Source: Octopus bimaculoides (lineage: Eukaryota). Taken from it: a stretch of DNA of 64,000 nt. Of the stretch, positions 12,131-24,339 are shown in pieces. The translations under genes were made by a program, and so were the position numbers. The notes below the pieces were generated by a model that saw only the letters and a program-made list of their open reading frames with translations, was not told the origin of the DNA and made no database searches. Location of the stretch: contig NC_069007.1 in assembly GCF_001194135.2 (NCBI RefSeq), forward strand, positions 10,840,486 through 10,904,485, written 5' to 3'. Numbering within the stretch: the stretch's first letter is position 1; every line of letters starts with the position of its first letter.

Positions 12131-13137
12131 GTAGAGGAACAGCAGCAGTCACTTTTGGACCTAGTCCACTTTGCCCGCCTCTGCTGTGGTTATCACCAGA
12201 ATTTACAGTTGTACAGAAATAGACTAGACAGTGGACATAGACACAGATACACTCACACACATGCACACACACACACACAATCTGTCCAGACTGTCACATT
12301 GCACAGTATATGTCAGAGAGCGTGGTATGATCCTCAGCAAGTTAAAAGTGAGACATAGGATCTGAAGTTTGGACCTTGTTATTTCAGCGATTACGTGTGT
12401 ACTAGGACTGCTCTGTCAGGTCTGATCTGGGAGCTACACAACAACAACAACGACAACCCAACCAGGACCACCCCTTCTCTGGCCAAGTATATCATTGTAG
12501 TCTCCAATTAACATGTCATTTTTCTCCTTGTTAAAGAATATTGATGACTAAATCGATAATAGATATGTATTGATTATGTGTTGTTGACAGGGGAGTCGTT
12601 TCTATGTTTCTTTAATGCTTCTTTCCCTAACTTCTCCTTCAGCTGTCTCCCTGTTGTCTTTACAATGGAAGATATTGACGTGTGGGAGGAAAGAACACCA
12701 CCACCACCACTACTACTACTACTACTACACCATTATCATTAACACCAACACACCTACCATTACATGAACACTGTCACACCACTACACTGCAACCACCACC
12801 TCCTTAGTTACTATCAACAGCAACAGCAGCACTGCCATAATACCAACACCACTACCACTATCACCGTTGCTATTGTCAGTGCCACCACCACCACCACCAC
12901 ACCACACCACACCACACCACACCATGATATCAGTGTATTAAGGAGATTTATGTAGTCATTGTATCTACTAGAAACAGCAGCCAAGTGTCTTTCAGTCACA
13001 CTACGGTTTTAAAAATGGATATGGATAATATAATCACACAAGCTCTCTGCACTTAGGAAAAGACAGGTCAATTATAAGATTTTCTCAGTCAGGATTACCT
13101 GGAGTTAAACAATATATGAGAATACATTATGTTACAT

Positions 13138-13480
13138 CTGTTGTTGGCACTCCGTCGCTTACGACATCGAGGGTTCCAGTTGATCTGATCAACGGAACAG
13201 CCTGCTTGTGAAATTAACGTGCAAGTGGCTGAGCACTCCACAGACACGTGTACCCTTAACGTAGTTCTCGGGGAGATTCAGTGTGACACCGAGTGTGACA
13301 AGGCTGACCCTTTGAATTACAGGCACAACAGAAACAGGAAGTAAGAGTGAGAGAAAGTTGTGGTGGAAGAGTACAGCAGGGTTCGCCACCATCCCCTGCC
13401 GGAGCCTCGTGGAGCTTTTAGGTGTTTTCGCTCAATAAACACTCACAACGCCCGGTCTGGGAATCGAAACCGAGATCCTA
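13138..13480 (-). mobile_element. tRNA-derived SINE family C
   Basis: Near-identical to 26300-26641 (-) and 32385-32728 (+). Tail cgtaagcgacggagtgccaacaac. Confidence 0.9.
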
Positions 13481-14119
13481 NNNNNNNNNNNNNNNNNNNN
13501 NNNNNNNNNNNNNNNNNNNNNNNNNNNNNNNNNNNNNNNNNNNNNNNNNNNNNNNNNNNNNNNNNNNNNNNNNNNNNNNNNNNNNNNNNNNNNNNNNNNN
13601 NNNNNNNNNNNNNNNNNNNNNNNNNNNNNNNNNNNNNNNNNNNNNNNNNNNNNNNNNNNNNNNNNNNNNNNNNNNNNNNGAGTGTAATTACCCTAGAGGA
13701 CTAGGGAGAATTATTGCCTTGTCCAAATGGTAAAATGCACCCAGACACCTTGGAGCACCAGTTTCCAGTATAAGGTTGGAAAGGTGGTTGCTCTGATCTA
13801 ACCTAAATGATGGAACATTCTAACTTGTTTTTATGTATCCATGTGTGTCAGTTGTAGGAAACTCACAAGAGAACTGAAAATCAGGTCTTCAGAGAAGAAA
13901 CCCCACTCAAGCAAGTTCTTAGGCCCTTAACTTCTTATACTCTAATGGGACTGGTCTGGACCACATCCAAATCATGGGTCTTGGAGGCCCTTCTGCTGAC
14001 ACTTTTTATCTTCTTAAATATCGGAAACTTGTGCATTTAAACCATCTGGAGATTTCATATAATTCTAACTCCTTTCTGTTGGCTCAGCTTTCAAACTTAT
14101 ATTTAACCATTTACTGTTC

Positions 14120-14572
14120 AGATTCTTATTTATCTATTGCTCATAAGGGGCTAAACATAGAGGGGACAAATAAGGACAGACAAAGGGATTAAATCGATTA
14201 CAGTTATGCACTGGTGCATAACTGGTATTTAATTTATCGACCCTGAAGAGATGAAAGGCAAAGTCGACCTCAGCGGAATTTGAACTCAGAACGTAATGGC
14301 AAGCGAAATACCGCTAAGCATTTCGCCCGGCGTGCTAATGTTTCAGCCAGCTCGCCATCTTCAGATTACTCTATTAAATGTAATGCTTATGTATTCACAT
14401 AGTTTTGAATTAATCATGCATTATCTCATAATTTTGAGATTTAAATGATATGATTGTTTATTATTAGAATGACATTGTAGGGTAGGTTTGAGAGGCCTGA
14501 TCTGGCCATTTGAACATAAAACAAGGAGAATATTTGGGCCTAGTATAGATGGTTTAAATGCTAAAGGGCTAA
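14120..14572. mobile_element. SINE B (-, 14120-14360) adjoining a 5'-clipped piggyBac-type MITE (+, 14360-14572)
   Basis: Similarity to in-window copies. The MITE ends ggtttaaatgctaaagggctaa. Confidence 0.8.
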
Positions 14573-15054
14573 AGAAGAAATGACGTTGGTTGTCACATGG
14601 ATATATGAGTTTCATGGTAATTTTTAAAGACCATAGGGAAAAATGGACAACAAAATTAAGTGATGAGGGTGATGTGCTAGTTGAATGGGTAGATATCTTG
14701 GTGATAGACTGTTGCTGAAAAACTATGTCAATACTCCATTACAGGGGCTCGCTACCTAGAGAAGAATTTTAAGGTGTCAGGAAAGAATTAGGATCAGTAA
14801 TCAATAAAATGCGACTTTCTTTAGATTGCATAGAATCTGTAGAATTATAGACTTGCTGTTTATTTTAAATTTAATTTATGATAATCAATAAAGTTTACTG
14901 AATGTTACAGATTAAATTAAAAATAAATATTTCACTCTTTATTTGTAGAAATATTCCATTTATTATTATTATTATCTTTGAATTAATATTGTTTTTAATA
15001 ATATAATTTTGGGCTCATCATGGTTGTCAAAAAAGGGAGTACAATGGTTTATAT

Positions 15055-15650
15055 ATCTATAATAATAAAATCGGAATTCTGTCTGTCTGTCCGTCTGGAC
15101 CCCTGTATCTCAATCTACATTTGCTCTACATAGACATATTATACATTTTTGGAATCGGGATGATTTAAAAGCATTTAGCTTGCTGTTTCTAGCAGGTAAA
15201 GCTTGGCTGATTCACACCATCTTGGTTGGGATTTATCAGACGGTGTCAGAGATCAAGGGGGAGATAAATGACATTTGCTTCATTAATTTTATGTTGAGAT
15301 AAGAACTTTGGGACAAATTGGCCAACAGTTGGAATTCAACTTGGGACTGGAACAATAGAATGATTGCATTATAGAATTAATTCTCATCTGTCCTTAACCT
15401 CTGATCAAACACCAGTAGGGCATATAGTCATTATAGATGTATTGCAGTCATGCTGTTTAGCTCTCTTTAGTTTTGGGCTGCAGGCCCAGTCAGCCCTACA
15501 TTTGTTCTACATAGACATATTATACCATTTTGGAATCAGGTTGATCCCTAGATTGAAAATCTACCCTTCATTTGGTTCTTAAACATCCAGCATTGGGATC
15601 TGATTTTAAAACGTTTGGGCTGCTATTTCTAGCAGGTAAAGCCTAAGCCG
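15055..15650 (+). mobile_element. Possible decayed non-autonomous Helitron-like element with internal duplications
   Basis: Starts atatctataataataaaa...ctgtctgtctgtcc (Helitron 5'-end style). Segments at 15125-15165/15505-15545 and 15167-15203/15607-15642 are duplicated. Confidence 0.35.
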
Positions 15651-15929
15651 ATGCACACAGTGCTGCTTTTAAGCGAGTTCAATATAAGTTCATATCTATT
15701 TATCATCAATGGAGAGGAATATCTCAATGTGCTATCCATAACAATCTGTTGCCAAACAAATTCTCTGAAACCAGAATATAATGGAAATGTCTAAATGATG
15801 AATTTGGATGGAACAGGAGCATTCCAAGAAATCACCAGAAACGTTATGGAAGCTCCATATGTTGTTTTACTGAAGGTAACAAAGTAGAAAAAGACATGAT
15901 TGAAGATATTTTCATCAAATTTTATGCTC

Positions 15930-16060
15930 TCAATATGATAGAAACTGTAGGGGACAACGAACGGGAGAGAAAACATGCAGCAAGTTCACTACACAGTACT
16001 GTTCAAAGGAATCCTTTTCTGAAATATCTGAGATGTAGTTTTTCAGAAAGAGAACCTCCC
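15930..16060 (-). CDS. Candidate terminal exon (unverified)
   Basis: taatttacAG acceptor and phase-1 open frame (G)EVLFLKNYISDISEKDSFEQYCVVNLLHVFSPVRCPLQFLSY*. No homology recognised. Confidence 0.2.
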
Positions 16061-16379
16061 CTGTAAATTAACTTGAGTGAACATATCTTACAAACACCAA
16101 TGAATGATATGATACAACATCAGTTAATTCCTCAAACTGCTATTGAAAATAAGCTAAATGCCTCCAATTTAGTATTGTACGCAATTTGAGCCTTAACATC
16201 GATGGTCATCCTGTGTGCAGTACTGTTTATTCTTTTATTCTTTTTACTTGTTTCAGTCGTTTGACTGCAGCCATTCTGGAGCACCAGTTTATTTCTCCAG
16301 TGTCTTTCACAATACAATTTTTCATATTTAGGGCAAGAGGTCAAGTTAAAGTTTTTCCCAGTTGCATTCTGTTGTTTTC

Positions 16380-16770
16380 ATCATCATCATCGTCGTCGTC
16401 GTTTAACGTCCGCTTTCCATGATGGCATGGGTTGGACGATTTTACTGAGGACTGGTGGACCAGGAGGCGTCACCAGGCTCCAATCTGATCTGGCAGAGTT
16501 TCTACAGCTGGATGCCCTTCCTAACGCCAACCACTCCGAGAGTGTAATGGGTGTTTTACGCGTCACCGGCACGAAGGCCAGTCAGGCGGTATTGGCGACG
16601 GCCATGCTTGAAATGGTGTATTTTACGTGCCACCTGCACAGGAGCCAGTCCATCGGCACTGGCAACGATCTCGCTCGAATGTCTTTTCACGTGCCAGGGA
16701 GGCAACATTGGTAACGATCCACGGCCACGCTCGAAATGGTGTATTTTACATGTCACCTGCATAGGGGCCT
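16380..16770 (-). mobile_element. RTE-clade 3' tail repeat
   Basis: Highly similar to 6843-7360. Confidence 0.85.
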
Positions 16771-16859
16771 TGCTTGAATGTCTTTTCATGCTTAATATTT
16801 CCAATGCTACAACTTTAAAAAGAATTTAATAACTTTTGGTATATTGTTTGGAACACCCT

Positions 16860-17500
16860 TTTGAATCCAGCTCCATCATGTACCTTGCCTATTTGATCGA
16901 TATTCTTGAGCAATTGAATATATTGAATCTTCAGATGCAAAGAAGGAATACAAATATAAATTCATTGATTCTTTGAATGCTTTTGTAAACCAACTGGAAA
17001 ATTGGAAGAGAAAAATCAATATAAAACAAAGTTACAATATTTGAAAATCGTTGTTGTTAATGGTGAAGACCAAATGCTTCCAAAATTTGAAAAACATATG
17101 GAATTTTGCAACACTTGACAGTACTAGAAAATTAGCTAAGATCTATTTCAGAATTCAGTAATGAGAGGTTTCATCCCCCACAAAACTGATTTCAATTGTC
17201 AGTTGAAAAAGTTATTGATGATCGTCAAAGGGAATTTCTGGAGCTGAAGAGTGATTTGAGGACAAAAGATATGAGAAATCAATCAGAATTTGGTCCTTTG
17301 ATGTGCAATATCTACCTGTCAGAGAGAGAGCTTTATATGTATTGCTTCCATCTATGTCAGCATATCTTTGTGAAGCAGGCTTTTCAACTTTGAAAATACA
17401 AATGAAAATGAAGCAATGAGTTAGACTGGCAGTTGAAAATGACCAGAGTTGAACCCTTTCAAGTCCTCTTCCATGAATCCAATTACTGAATAAAAAAAAA
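16860..17500 (+). mobile_element. hAT Buster-type (FAM200/ZBED5-like) transposase C-terminal relic
   Basis: YLAYLIDILEQLNILNLQMQRRNTNI...LNAFVNQLENWKRKI and YLCEAGFSTL...RLAVEND match Buster-type motifs. Confidence 0.8.
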
Positions 17501-18108
17501 GAAAGAAAAATAATAATTGCAGGTTTCCCATCGACTGCATTCTTCATCAGAATAAAGCAAATTAAAATGCCTGGCATTCTAATGAACCTTTTGTTTAGTG
17601 AAGTATGCTTCAGTTACTTTAGTCTGTTAACTAATTAGCTACATAGAAGAAACAAAAAAAAAAAAAAGAAAATAACAAACAGGAAACTTTTGTTCAACTT
17701 TTAAACTCCATGGACATTTTCTATTGTTATTAAAGTTGTCAAATGCCATTACAAAAATAATCAAAGTAAATGTATAAGAGTATAAAAAAGGAAATAAATA
17801 AACTAAAAAGAATTTCAATATTATGTGGAATCCTTGAGAAGCACTCATTTATTATCAGCTGGAAAAAAAAAACCTGCCCAGCAGACATAAAAAGCTACTT
17901 ACCTTCTCAATTCAGAAAATGCTTACAGGTATTGTAACTGTTTACAATACAATGTGTGGAATGGAGGAAGAAACATGGATAGCTCTGATCCAACTTTAGA
18001 TGGTGGCATCTCATCTGTGCATGGGTGAGCTATATCTTAGGGACATGGTACCTCTCCACCAAACTTTATTTCATTCTTGTAGGCATTTAAAAAATTATAT
18101 TACATTCA

Positions 18109-18161
<53 letters not shown>

Positions 18162-18278
18162 NNNNNNNNNNNNNNNNNNNNNNNNNNNNNNNNNNNNNNN
18201 NNNNNNNNNNNNNNNNNNNNNNNNNNNNNNNNNNNNNNNNNNNNNNNNNNNNNNNNNNNNNNNNNNNNNNNNNNNNNN

Positions 18279-18343
<65 letters not shown>

Positions 18344-18504
18344 TGACACACATTGAATTTGGTATAATGTAAAACAAAAAATTGTTAATTACATCTCAAT
18401 GAAGTGTATTACATTTCTATCTCTCCCCTCATTTCATACAACTTTGTATATATCTTCACATATTTTTGTAACAATTTTGTATACCCTTTATTGTATGCAG
18501 GAAC

Positions 18505-19025
18505 AGGTGGAAATGGCAGGTGAGCAAGCTGAGTCACTAACACATGGGACAAAATGATTTGTGACATTTCTTCTCACATTCTATGATCTGAGTTCAAATT
18601 CCACGAAGGTCAACTTTGCCCTTCATCTTTTTGAGAACATTGAAGAAATACCAGTTGAGCACTGAGGGTTGCTGTAATTAACTAGACTCCTTCCCCCAAA
18701 TATCAGGTCTTGTACCTATAGTTGTTCGTTCCTTCTCAAGCCATGTCTGGCTCATCAGGGCCAGTTTCCTGGTTTCATTGGCGTATAAGTTCCTCACCTG
18801 GATGGAACGCCGGTCTGTTGCAGGTGAGGTGGTAGATGCAGGAGGAAAGAGTGAGAGAAAGTTGTGGTGAAAGAGTCATCAGAGGTTTACCATTACCTTC
18901 TGCCAGAGCCACATGGAGCTTATGTATTTCACTCATGAACATACACCTCACCCGGTCTGAGATTTGAACCCAAGATCCCTCAACCACGAGTCCGCTGCTC
19001 TAACCACTAGGCCATGTGCCTCCAC
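18505..19025. mobile_element. Decayed SINE B (+, 18505-18720) and SINE C-related copy (-, 18740-19025)
   Basis: Partial similarity to in-window copies. tRNA-like head is the reverse complement of ctctaaccactaggccatgtgcctcc. Confidence 0.6.
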
Positions 19026-19083
19026 TGCACCTATAGTTGAAAGAATTATTATCATCATTATTCCATGTATATTTTTACTAATA

Positions 19084-19507
19084 CAGTAGAACCTTGCAGT
19101 ATGAGTGTCTCATTGTACAAGTATTTTGCTGGATGAGCTGAGACTTGTGCACATTTTTGTCTTGAAGTATGAGCAGAAATCCTCAGTACGAGTGGGAAAA
19201 TGCAGTACAAGTGGAAATCCACAATCTGCAGTACAAGCGGAAAAGTCTCATTTTTAAGGTAATTCAGTTAATAAAACCAATTTACATATTTCTTTTTGCA
19301 TTCTCTTTTTTATAACTGTCATTTTACTTGTAACTACGCCATTTCTGTTTTAAAACTCAAAAAATTACTTTTGAGTGGTTTTTGGGGTCTGGAACAGATT
19401 AATTATATTTATTTAATTTCAATGGGGAATTTGATTTGTAAAACGAGTAAATCATAAGACGAGCTCGGTCATGGAACGAATTAAACTTGTACTGTGAGGT
19501 ATCACTG
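19084..19507. mobile_element. Tigger-type MITE
   Basis: TA target duplication at both ends. Imperfect 23-bp TIR CAGTAGAACCTTGCAGTATGAGT / CAGTGATACCTCACAGTACAAGT (16/23). Confidence 0.7.
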
Positions 19508-20981
19508 TATTTCCTTCAACCTCATGAAACTCTCCAGCTGTAAGAATTTCTTGTCAGCGAAATTTCTGTTTTCATTTATTTTTTATTTTCATGTTTTTGA
19601 TTTCTCTTTTTTTGTTTTGCTTCATTTTAGATTTTCTTCCTCACAATTCTGTTTTTTCTTTATTTCTGACGTTTTTCTACTTCATCATGAAAAAGAAAAA
19701 AAAAAACAAAGCACTCGCCACTGTTCATTTGAAAAGTAAAAAAATTAATTAATAAAACTCTTCTTAATGCTTTCTTCACTTCATAATTTCAGAGTCTCCG
19801 AGACTTATCTCAGACTGAAATATTTTCAGTTACTTACTCTTTCAATACATTCACCAGTAATCTTTAATAAATCTCATATGTAGCATATTCTTTTTACAAT
19901 TTTTATTTTTACCCATTTGTACTTTGTAATATATGAATGTATATGTGTATATCTGTTTTAATGTTTATTTTTTCCTCTTTTTAATGTAGAGTTCATTCTG
20001 ACTGGCCACCTACCTAGTTGCAAGGTTGTGAAGGAGCATGTTTTGTTTTATTCATCATTCTTTAAATCTTAAGAAAGCATTGTAGATCTTTATTGTTCTA
20101 GCTATTGGGATCATTTGTAGTGTATGAATTACAGTTTCATTCCTTCTCTACTTCTAGCCATATGACAACAGGATATATAGCAATCTAGCAGGTTGATACA
20201 TACTCTGTTGGTCTTGGGTACTGTATTTGTAAACTCCTTACCAATGGTCCATAGATGTTCTCTTTCTCTTGTATTTTTTTTACCACATTAGTGTCCAGAG
20301 AACAGCTGATTCACAGCAGATCCAAAGCATATCTTTTTACATAATAACATTCATACTCATATGCATTCATAGCAAAGCCCAAGTGAGTAAAAAGATCCCA
20401 TACAACAATATTTAGCTGGTTGTGTTTTAATTTTGAAGCTCCACCAATATTCTTTTGATCCACCAGTCTCAATATAGTCATCTTTACCTGATGATATTTC
20501 CATTTTTCCTATTCTGGTCCAGATTATTCTGACCACTGCATCATGCCTCATGAGAAGACAATATCTAAAAGACAGTCTCTTGCAGTTGGCAATAATGTAG
20601 TCGATGTCTTCAGCTTCAGATGTGCAAAGCTTCCACTTGTTGAGCATCAATGTTTCCTGCCTTCTATGCTGTAAGTACTTGTTGGGGACCTCTTGCTCTT
20701 GAATTAACCTTGGAGTTAACCTTCAAAGTGGGATGTCATACATTTATTGGTACTCCATGCCAAGCTTTTCATGTGATTTGTTTCCTGTGTTTTAAGGGTT
20801 TTATGCCTTGTACCAATGTGGTAAATTCTCAATAAACCAGTCCATTTTTTAAAAATTCTGTTTTATGTTAAAATTTTCTGATTCTCTTTGGGGTGAGACC
20901 TGTATCAGCTTTTATTTCATGCCTTTCCTCAGGTTCATTAGCTTTCCTAATGATGTTGCTTTCATGCTTGCAAACTTGGAT

Positions 20982-21385
20982 TAAATGGTTACCGGTCTCT
21001 TTCCACGGTTATAAGTGTTGCTTCAATGGTTACCAGTCTCTTTCCACGGTTATAAGTGTTGCTTCAATGGTTACCAGTCTCTTTCCACGGTTATAAGTGT
21101 TGCTTCAATGGTTACTGGTCTCTTTCCAAGTTTATAAGTGTTGCTTCAATGGTTACTGGTCTCTTTCCACGGTTATAAGTGTTGCTTCAATGGTTACTGG
21201 TCTCTTTCCATGGTTATAAGTGTTGCTTCAATGGTTACTGGTCTCTTTCCACGGTTATAAGTGTTGCTTCAATGGTTACTGGTCTCTTTCCACGGTTATA
21301 AGTGTTGCTTCAATGGTTACCAGTCTCTTTCCACGGTTATAAGTGTTAAATGGTTACCGGTCTCTTTCCACGGTTATAAGTGTTG
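20982..21385. repeat. 41-bp minisatellite, about 10 copies
   Basis: Unit ggttac(c/t)(a/g)gtctctttccacggttataagtgttgcttcaat starts at 20987, 21028, 21069 and so on to 21315, with a final unit at about 21352. Confidence 0.95.
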
Positions 21386-21589
21386 TCATATGTATTTCAT
21401 ATGACATCAATACAGGTTTAAGACAACCACCATCCTTGCTTGGGAAGCATAGTCTGTCTATAGCTCCACTGAAGGTGAAGTTTCCCCGTGACACTGAACA
21501 GCTTGCAAGGTCATGTGCCTATCTGGTCGAACTCTTGTAGTGATTGGTTTAGAAGGTTAAATGTGGGTATGAGGATAGGTGTTGTAGGG

Positions 21590-21862
21590 CAGTGCTACTC
21601 AAAGTGGTGGTCCATGAGCCAGTACGTGGTGAGTTTCCAGGACAGAAAGAAACATTATAAAATGCTTATAAAATACTTATGTAAAATTGTATTATTTGTT
21701 TACAAAATAATTATGAGATGAAAAAATTGTCAACTTTTATTGTATTCATTATATATATTGTTTCCGGTATAAATTAATATTACTAAAAAACTTTACTGGT
21801 CCCTGGCACACTGGAAAAAAAAAACTGTCAGTACACCACATCAGATAGTTTGAGCAGTACTA
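21590..21862. mobile_element. hAT-type MITE inserted in LINE M
   Basis: Ends CAGTGCTACTCAAA / TTTGAGCAGTACTA. Decayed 8-bp TSD ttgtaggg / ttgtatgt (6/8). The LINE frame resumes on both sides. Confidence 0.7.
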
Positions 21863-22759
21863 TTGTATGTGACATGCTTGCGGTAAGCAAAACATTCCGA
21901 AAACCAAATGGTGTTTAACTGTTTTGAGGGATTGCACCCTTGTCCTCACTTTATTGATAGGTGTACCATGGTTGACAATCATGCCCAGGATTCTTGTAGT
22001 TTTCACCAGAGAGTAAAGATTGTATTTTTAGGTTCTTCCTATTTAGTGCCTTCAAAGGTAAAAGTTTCCCACATTTTAGCACTAAAACTGTACATTTGAA
22101 CTTGGCAAACAACATTCTGTTGCCTTTAGAGAATTGGAATATGAGATCCAGTTACTTTTTCATGTGGTTAATACATGGTCCATACTGTTTCAAGTCATCA
22201 ACAAAGAAAAGGTGAGATGTCCAGGATCCATTACTATAATTGCAATGTTTGATCAAGTATGGAGGAATAAATAACTGTACTGGCAAACCGTTGCCTTGAT
22301 GGATGCCTTTACGTTGTCAGATTTGATGTGTTTGTTGCCACTTCTAAGAAGTAGGGAGGAGAACCAGGTTTTAGTAATGTGGTGGATGGTAGCTATTGGT
22401 GGAGGCAAGACTTTGGCTAATTGCATTGCTTTGAAAACCCACCCTGGTGGTACAATATAAAAGGCTTTTTACTAGTCTAGTTCTACCACAGCAAATTTTC
22501 TGCAGTTCTTAATAGTTATTTTATCAATTAATAGATGCTCTATACAGCCCCACACTTACTTCTTTTCTCTCAACTTGTTTGAAGCTACAAATAATCTACA
22601 CTTATTTAGAATTTCCCTATTACTACAAGTGGAATGACCAGCAATGAAAATAGACTACCTACTTACATGCATGCCTACAAACATACATACATGCACACAT
22701 ACATGTACACATGCATGCATACATATATACATACATACATGCATAAGTACATACATGAA

Positions 22760-23600
22760 GTGCAGCCTCTCTTGGACACAAGACCACTACATCACACCAC
22801 ACTTTGAAGGCTATGCATTTGCAATCCAGTAACAGGAGATTGCTACAAAGTACCTGGTGAACAAGAGAGACAGTGACACTCTTGTAATCACAAGGTGTGT
22901 AGGCTATGTCATGTTTCTGTGGAAGACATCACACATGTGATTAGCAGCTGTCCTAAAATGTTGTCACATTACTACCTCCCTATATGGCATGATGTTGTTG
23001 CTAAAACAATTTACAATGCCATCCGCAAAAAAGACTGTCCTGAAATAGACTTAGAAAATCCCTCTGTTATGGAATACACTCATAAACACCAACTCAAGGA
23101 ATACTGGTGGAATATTCCCATTAAAGCTTCTGTCAAATGTAAACATAACAGGTTGGATATTGCTGTTTGGGACAGAGGGGCAAAGGTATGTACCATCATA
23201 GAGGTCAGCTACCCTGCAGATATAAACATCCCTCTGAAAATCAAAGAAAAGGAGGATATCTATGGACAACTGCTTTGAAACCTCCAGCAGATGTATAAGT
23301 GGGTTCTGATTCAATAGACCTCCAGACTATGAATGAATTCATATTCGTACCAATAATAATTGGAGCACTAGGTTTTGTTAGTAAATGCTTAAAGGAGAAT
23401 CTGGATAAACTGGGAGTTTCAGAAAGAGAAATCAACCAACTAATTCGTACATTACAAGTGCAATCTGTGAGTAGAACAGTAAAAATATGCAAGACTTTTC
23501 TCAAGTTCCAAATGTAAATTTGTCTGTGTTAACTACATCTCAAAGATGGAGTCTTGTATCTTTGTTGGAAACCAGCTCCCTCCTCAGCGGAAGATTTATA
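22760..23600 (+). mobile_element. 5'-truncated R4/Dong-like LINE copy A (CCHC + RLE + 3' UTR)
   Basis: FEGYAFAIQ*QEIATKYL...CRLCHVSVEDITHVISSCPK...HNRLDIAVWD...IIEVSYPADIN...KEKEDIY...FVPIIIGALG. Confidence 0.9.
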
Positions 23601-23674
23601 ATAACTAAAAAAATAGAAGAGGCATACATACATACATTCATTCTTTCTTTCACTCACTCACTCATTCATTCGCT

Positions 23675-24280
23675 GATTCTGTCTGAAAATGTCATCATGG
23701 TATTATCTACCGATGAGATATGATGTTGACTCTAAGACACCATATAATGAGATCCATCAGAAGTATAACCCTGGAGCCAAAGAAATAAGAACCTACAGTG
23801 TGGTGGAAGCCATAGCCACTCATATTAAGAAAGAGTACTGGTGGAGTGTCCCCTTGAAAACTTCAGTAAAATGTAAACATAATAGACCTGACATAATGAT
23901 TTGGGATAGAGAAGAGAAACTGTGTAGTGTTGTGGAAATAAGCTGCCCAGTGGATGTTAACATAAAGCTGAAGATCAGTGAAAAAGAAAATACCTATGCT
24001 GAGCTATTAAGAAATCTACAGTTACTCTATCCAGATTACAAGTTGAGGTTTATACCTGTAATTATTGAGGCACTGGAATATGTAACACACTGCTTAAGTA
24101 TCAATCTTGAGAAATTAGTTTTCTCAAAACCAGAAAGGAGAAAGCTGGTTTGAAGACTACAGATCCAAGCCATCAATGGAACTATGAAAATCTGTAGAAA
24201 TATCCAGAAGTTTATCATTTCAGTATATATGAGCATGTCTAGACATGCAGCTATATGCACGAGAATACATACATAAAAAA
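23675..24280 (+). mobile_element. 5'-truncated R4/Dong-like LINE copy B (RLE + 3' UTR)
   Basis: YYLPMRYDV...KEYWWSVPLKTSVKCKHNRPDIMIWD...VVEISCPVDVN..KISEKENTY contains the PD-(D/E)xK endonuclease motif. Confidence 0.9.
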
Positions 24281-24339
24281 GAAACACAAATCTACATACA
24301 TATGTACGTACATACATACATACACACATACATAGTGGT

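Larger units (their letters stand above)
20000..22640 (-). mobile_element. R4/Dong-like RLE LINE ('M'), RT to 3' end, decayed and interrupted
   Basis: In order: WGCIEHLLIDK...KAFYIVPPGWVFKAM; ISHLFFVDDLKQY (RT catalytic motif); IDRLCFP..DGG; LCTSEAEDIDYIIANC...RHDAV; KEYWW; ENIYGPLVRSL. Confidence 0.85.

Noticed and set aside
12388-12419. Small plus-strand exon that would splice in frame to 12032-12130
   Set aside because: The sequence resembles the family F tail ending in (CAA)n.
17903-18090. Strong minus-strand donor G|GTAAGT at about 17902
   Set aside because: All frames immediately upstream contain stops; at most a non-coding exon, and unsupported.
20982-21385. CRISPR-like regular repeat
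   Set aside because: Contiguous units with no spacers, eukaryotic context, no cas genes.
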